DNA of 64,000 bases, taken from Minisyncoccota bacterium. GTDB lineage: Bacteria; Patescibacteriota; Minisyncoccia; JBAYJV01. This document shows positions 61,314 to 64,000 of the stretch, piece after piece. The stretch spans positions 26,998 to 90,997 of the forward strand of contig JBAYJV010000004.1 of the NCBI GenBank assembly GCA_041664925.1, written 5' to 3'. The position numbers were made by a program, and so were the translations under genes. Numbering within the stretch: position 1 is the first letter of the stretch; each line of letters starts with the position of its first letter. Under the pieces are notes generated by a model. The model was given only the letters and a program-made list of their open reading frames with translations. It searched no databases and was not told where the DNA came from.

Positions 61314-63491
61314 ATGAAGCCGAACACTCCAATATCTGAACTTTCTTTCGTTGGTCCCAAAAACGAAAAACGCCTCAAAAACATAGGCATTCAAAATTTG
61401 CGGGACCTTCTTTTTTATTTTCCAAGAACATACGAAGATTTTTCAAATCCAACGCCTATTTTGAAAGCCCAAGAAAACGAAAGAAATGTTTTTAAAGCTC
61501 GGGTTCTTTCTATTAAAGTCAGGCGTACCCCAAGAAAAAAAATGTTTATTACTGAGGCAATTATTGATGACAGCACAGGTGCCCTGTCTGTTGTTTGGTT
61601 TAATCAATTATTCATTGCAAATCAGCTGAAAGAAGGTTTTGTTGCCAATTTTATTGGCACCGTAAAGCGCGGCCCCAAGGGATTGGTTTTATCAAGTCCA
61701 ACATTTGAAATTGTTTCGCGAAATGACGATGAGAACATATCGAAAAAAGATAAGATTCACAGTGAAAGAATTGTGCCTATTTATCGAGAAAGTTACAGTA
61801 TGACTTCCAGGAATTTACGTTTTCTTATTTGGTCAAATTTAAAAAATATTAAAGAAATTAAAGATTTTTTACCGGAAGAAATAAGAAAAAAACATAGATT
61901 TGTTTCTTTGAAGCAAGCGCTGTTTGAAATTCATTTTCCTAAAAATTTCCGAAATCTTGAAAAATCAAAAAAAAGACTTGCTTTTGATGAATTGTTTATA
62001 ATCAGAATGTATCTTGAAAGAAGGCGCCTATTAAGAGAAAAAAAAGATAAATCTTACAAAATATCTTTTAATGAAAACCTTGTAAAGTCATTCGTTAAAA
62101 ACTTACCTTTCAAGCTGACAGAAGATCAAAAAAAGACTGCTTGGCAGATTATTAAGGATATTGAAAAGCCCTATCCGATGGAGAGATTGCTTGAAGGAGA
62201 TGTTGGTTCTGGAAAAACAATTGTCGCTGCCATTGCCAGCCTGAGTGTTATTTATGCGGGTTTTCAAGTAGCTATTATGGCGCCCACCGAAGTTCTTGCT
62301 CGTCAGCATTTTAATCAATTAAGTAAAGACCTGATAAATATTGATGTTGATTTGGCACTACTCGTAGGTTCAGATGCCATGATCTCTCAGAAGAAAAAAA
62401 ATTCTCCCAAGAAAATTAAAAAAAGCCTACTTCTGGAAAAAATAAAAGAGGGAAAAATTGGCTTAGTGATCGGCACTCATGCTTTAATTCAAAAAAATGT
62501 TTTCTTCAAAAATTTGGCTTTTGTTGTTATTGACGAACAGCACCGTTTCGGCGTTGAGCAACGAGCCACTCTATTGAATATGGGATCTGGATTTAAGAAT
62601 CAAGAAAAAGATTTTAATCCTATTCAAAATTCAAAATTCAAAATTCAAAATTCCACAAACTTGTCATATCCGCATCTATTGACTATGTCTGCTACGCCCA
62701 TCCCAAGAACTTTATCTCTTGTTTTTTATGGTGATTTAAAAATTTCTCAGATTCAGAAAATGCCAATTGGAAGAAAAAAGATTATGACCCAAGTTATCTT
62801 GCCAAAAGAAAGGCCTCTGATTTACGAATTCATAAGAAAAGAAGTCGCCAAAGGAAGACAGGTTTTTATCATCTGCCCGTTAATTGAAGAATCGGAAAAA
62901 CTGCAAGTCAGAGCCGTTGAAAAAGAGTTTGAGCGCCTTTCTCAAGAAACTTTTTCTGATCTTAAATTATCTCTTTTGCATGGTCGGATGAAATCTTCTG
63001 AAAAAAAACAGGTTATGGAAGATTTTCAATCAAAAAAAACTGACATTTTGGTATCAACGCCTGTTATCGAAGTTGGTATTGATATTCCAAATGCCTCAAT
63101 TATGATGATTGAGGGTGCTGAACGATTCGGTTTGGCTCAGCTTCACCAATTGCGCGGCCGTGTTGGAAGAGGACCTCATCAATCATACTGTTTTTTACTT
63201 ACCGATGTGCCAAATAAAAACAACCTCTCTCGTCTTAATCTAATCACCCATATTGAAAATGGTTTTAAGTTGGCGGAAAAAGATCTCCAAATGAGAGGAC
63301 CAGGAGATTTTATTGGTTATCGCCAATCAGGACTACCCGACCTTGTTATGGCTTCTCTTTCTGATATTGAATTAATAAAAATAGCCAAGGAAGAAGCCGA
63401 AAAAATCTTAGAAAAAGATCCTAATTTAGAAAAATATCCCCTTTTACAAAAGAAGATAAAATTGCTTGAAGAAAAAATTCACCTTGAATAA
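61314..63491 (+). CDS. recG: ATP-dependent DNA helicase RecG
   Basis: GDVGSGKT, DEQHRFGV, MSATPIPRTL, QLHQLRGRVGRG. Confidence 0.97.
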   Translation: MKPNTPISELSFVGPKNEKRLKNIGIQNLRDLLFYFPRTYEDFSNPTPILKAQENERNVFKARVLSIKVRRTPRKKMFITEAIIDDSTGALSVVWFNQLFIANQLKEGFVANFIGTVKRGPKGLVLSSPTFEIVSRNDDENISKKDKIHSERIVPIYRESYSMTSRNLRFLIWSNLKNIKEIKDFLPEEIRKKHRFVSLKQALFEIHFPKNFRNLEKSKKRLAFDELFIIRMYLERRRLLREKKDKSYKISFNENLVKSFVKNLPFKLTEDQKKTAWQIIKDIEKPYPMERLLEGDVGSGKTIVAAIASLSVIYAGFQVAIMAPTEVLARQHFNQLSKDLINIDVDLALLVGSDAMISQKKKNSPKKIKKSLLLEKIKEGKIGLVIGTHALIQKNVFFKNLAFVVIDEQHRFGVEQRATLLNMGSGFKNQEKDFNPIQNSKFKIQNSTNLSYPHLLTMSATPIPRTLSLVFYGDLKISQIQKMPIGRKKIMTQVILPKERPLIYEFIRKEVAKGRQVFIICPLIEESEKLQVRAVEKEFERLSQETFSDLKLSLLHGRMKSSEKKQVMEDFQSKKTDILVSTPVIEVGIDIPNASIMMIEGAERFGLAQLHQLRGRVGRGPHQSYCFLLTDVPNKNNLSRLNLITHIENGFKLAEKDLQMRGPGDFIGYRQSGLPDLVMASLSDIELIKIAKEEAEKILEKDPNLEKYPLLQKKIKLLEEKIHLE

Positions 63492-63493
63492 TT

Positions 63494-63647
63494 AAATCCG
63501 AAATCCTAATTTCCCTGACTGCCGTCAGGCAGGGAAATTCGAAACAATATCTAATTTTCAAAATCCTAAATTTAAAACCGTTTTGAATTTAAAATGTTTT
63601 CTTAATTTAAATATTGTTTCGGATTTCAGATTTCGATATTCGAATTT
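63494..63647. mobile_element. Heptamer-periodic hairpin element with inserted palindrome variant (63514-63533)
   Basis: aaatccgaaatcc...gatattcgaattt arms. Confidence 0.7.
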
Positions 63648-63653
63648 AATAAC

Positions 63654-64000
63654 ATGTTTTCCTTATTTAAATCACCAATTTGGCTTATTAATTTGATCGT
63701 TTTTTTGTTGCCAATATATCTTTTAAAGATAAAAGTTGGTATTTTTTCGACAAATTTTCTTGAATTACTCATTCTTATTCTTTTAATTATGCAATTACCA
63801 AAAATAAATTTTCGTAAATTAGGCCAATACGTAAAATCAAATAAACTATTATCAATAGGAGTTGGGCTATTATTGACAGGCACTTTTGTTTCCACATTGG
63901 TTTCAGATAATTTAATAGCTAGCTTAGGGATTTTAAAAAGTTGGTTTATTATTCCCCTTATTTTTGCTTTAATTATCATCAATCAAGATTCTGAGATTCT
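63654..64000 (+). CDS. Polytopic membrane protein, probably O-antigen ligase family (3' truncated)
   Basis: Open to window end: FLLPIYLLKI..TNFLELL...SLGILKSWFIIP. Confidence 0.7.
   Translation, partial: MFSLFKSPIWLINLIVFLLPIYLLKIKVGIFSTNFLELLILILLIMQLPKINFRKLGQYVKSNKLLSIGVGLLLTGTFVSTLVSDNLIASLGILKSWFIIPLIFALIIINQDSEI

Noticed and set aside
63626-63982. Minus-strand 118-aa ORF
   Set aside because: Shadow of the plus-strand membrane protein starting at 63654

Overview
AT-rich chromosomal segment of a Patescibacteria/CPR bacterium, most likely Parcubacteria. The basis is the divergent 16S, rRNA insertions, short IF-2 and UvrC, a large type IV pilus locus and the standard genetic code. Housekeeping content: uvrC (partial), secG, an OppA-like binding protein, PGI/PMI, rnj, rbfA, infB, rpmA, rplI, ctpA, a cell-wall/division block (LCP, amidase-SpoIID, murC, TagA, murF, PBP, rsmH, mraZ), uppS, gatAC, ligA, comF and recG. 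Also present are 11 intact tRNAs, a 16S and a 23S-5S separated by ~7.7 kb of genes, and a full pilM-N-O-B-T-C-pilin-pilD-minor-pilin cluster preceded by large surface proteins. The most unusual signal is non-coding. An intact tRNA-Cys is nested inside a second tRNA-Cys split exactly at the anticodon, and tRNA relics surround tRNA-Val, -Ala and -Ser (the last with a small GIY-YIG nuclease gene). A 20-bp GC palindrome inserts cleanly into these relics, and 7-bp-periodic hairpin elements occur between and inside genes. Other highlights: a Trp-Trp leader peptide with terminator/antiterminator, twin coding-like remnants bounding tRNA-linked cargo genes, an apparently catalytically dead amidase-SpoIID protein, and a disintegrin-like domain in a pilus-linked surface protein. 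All calls were made by eye, with no database searches.
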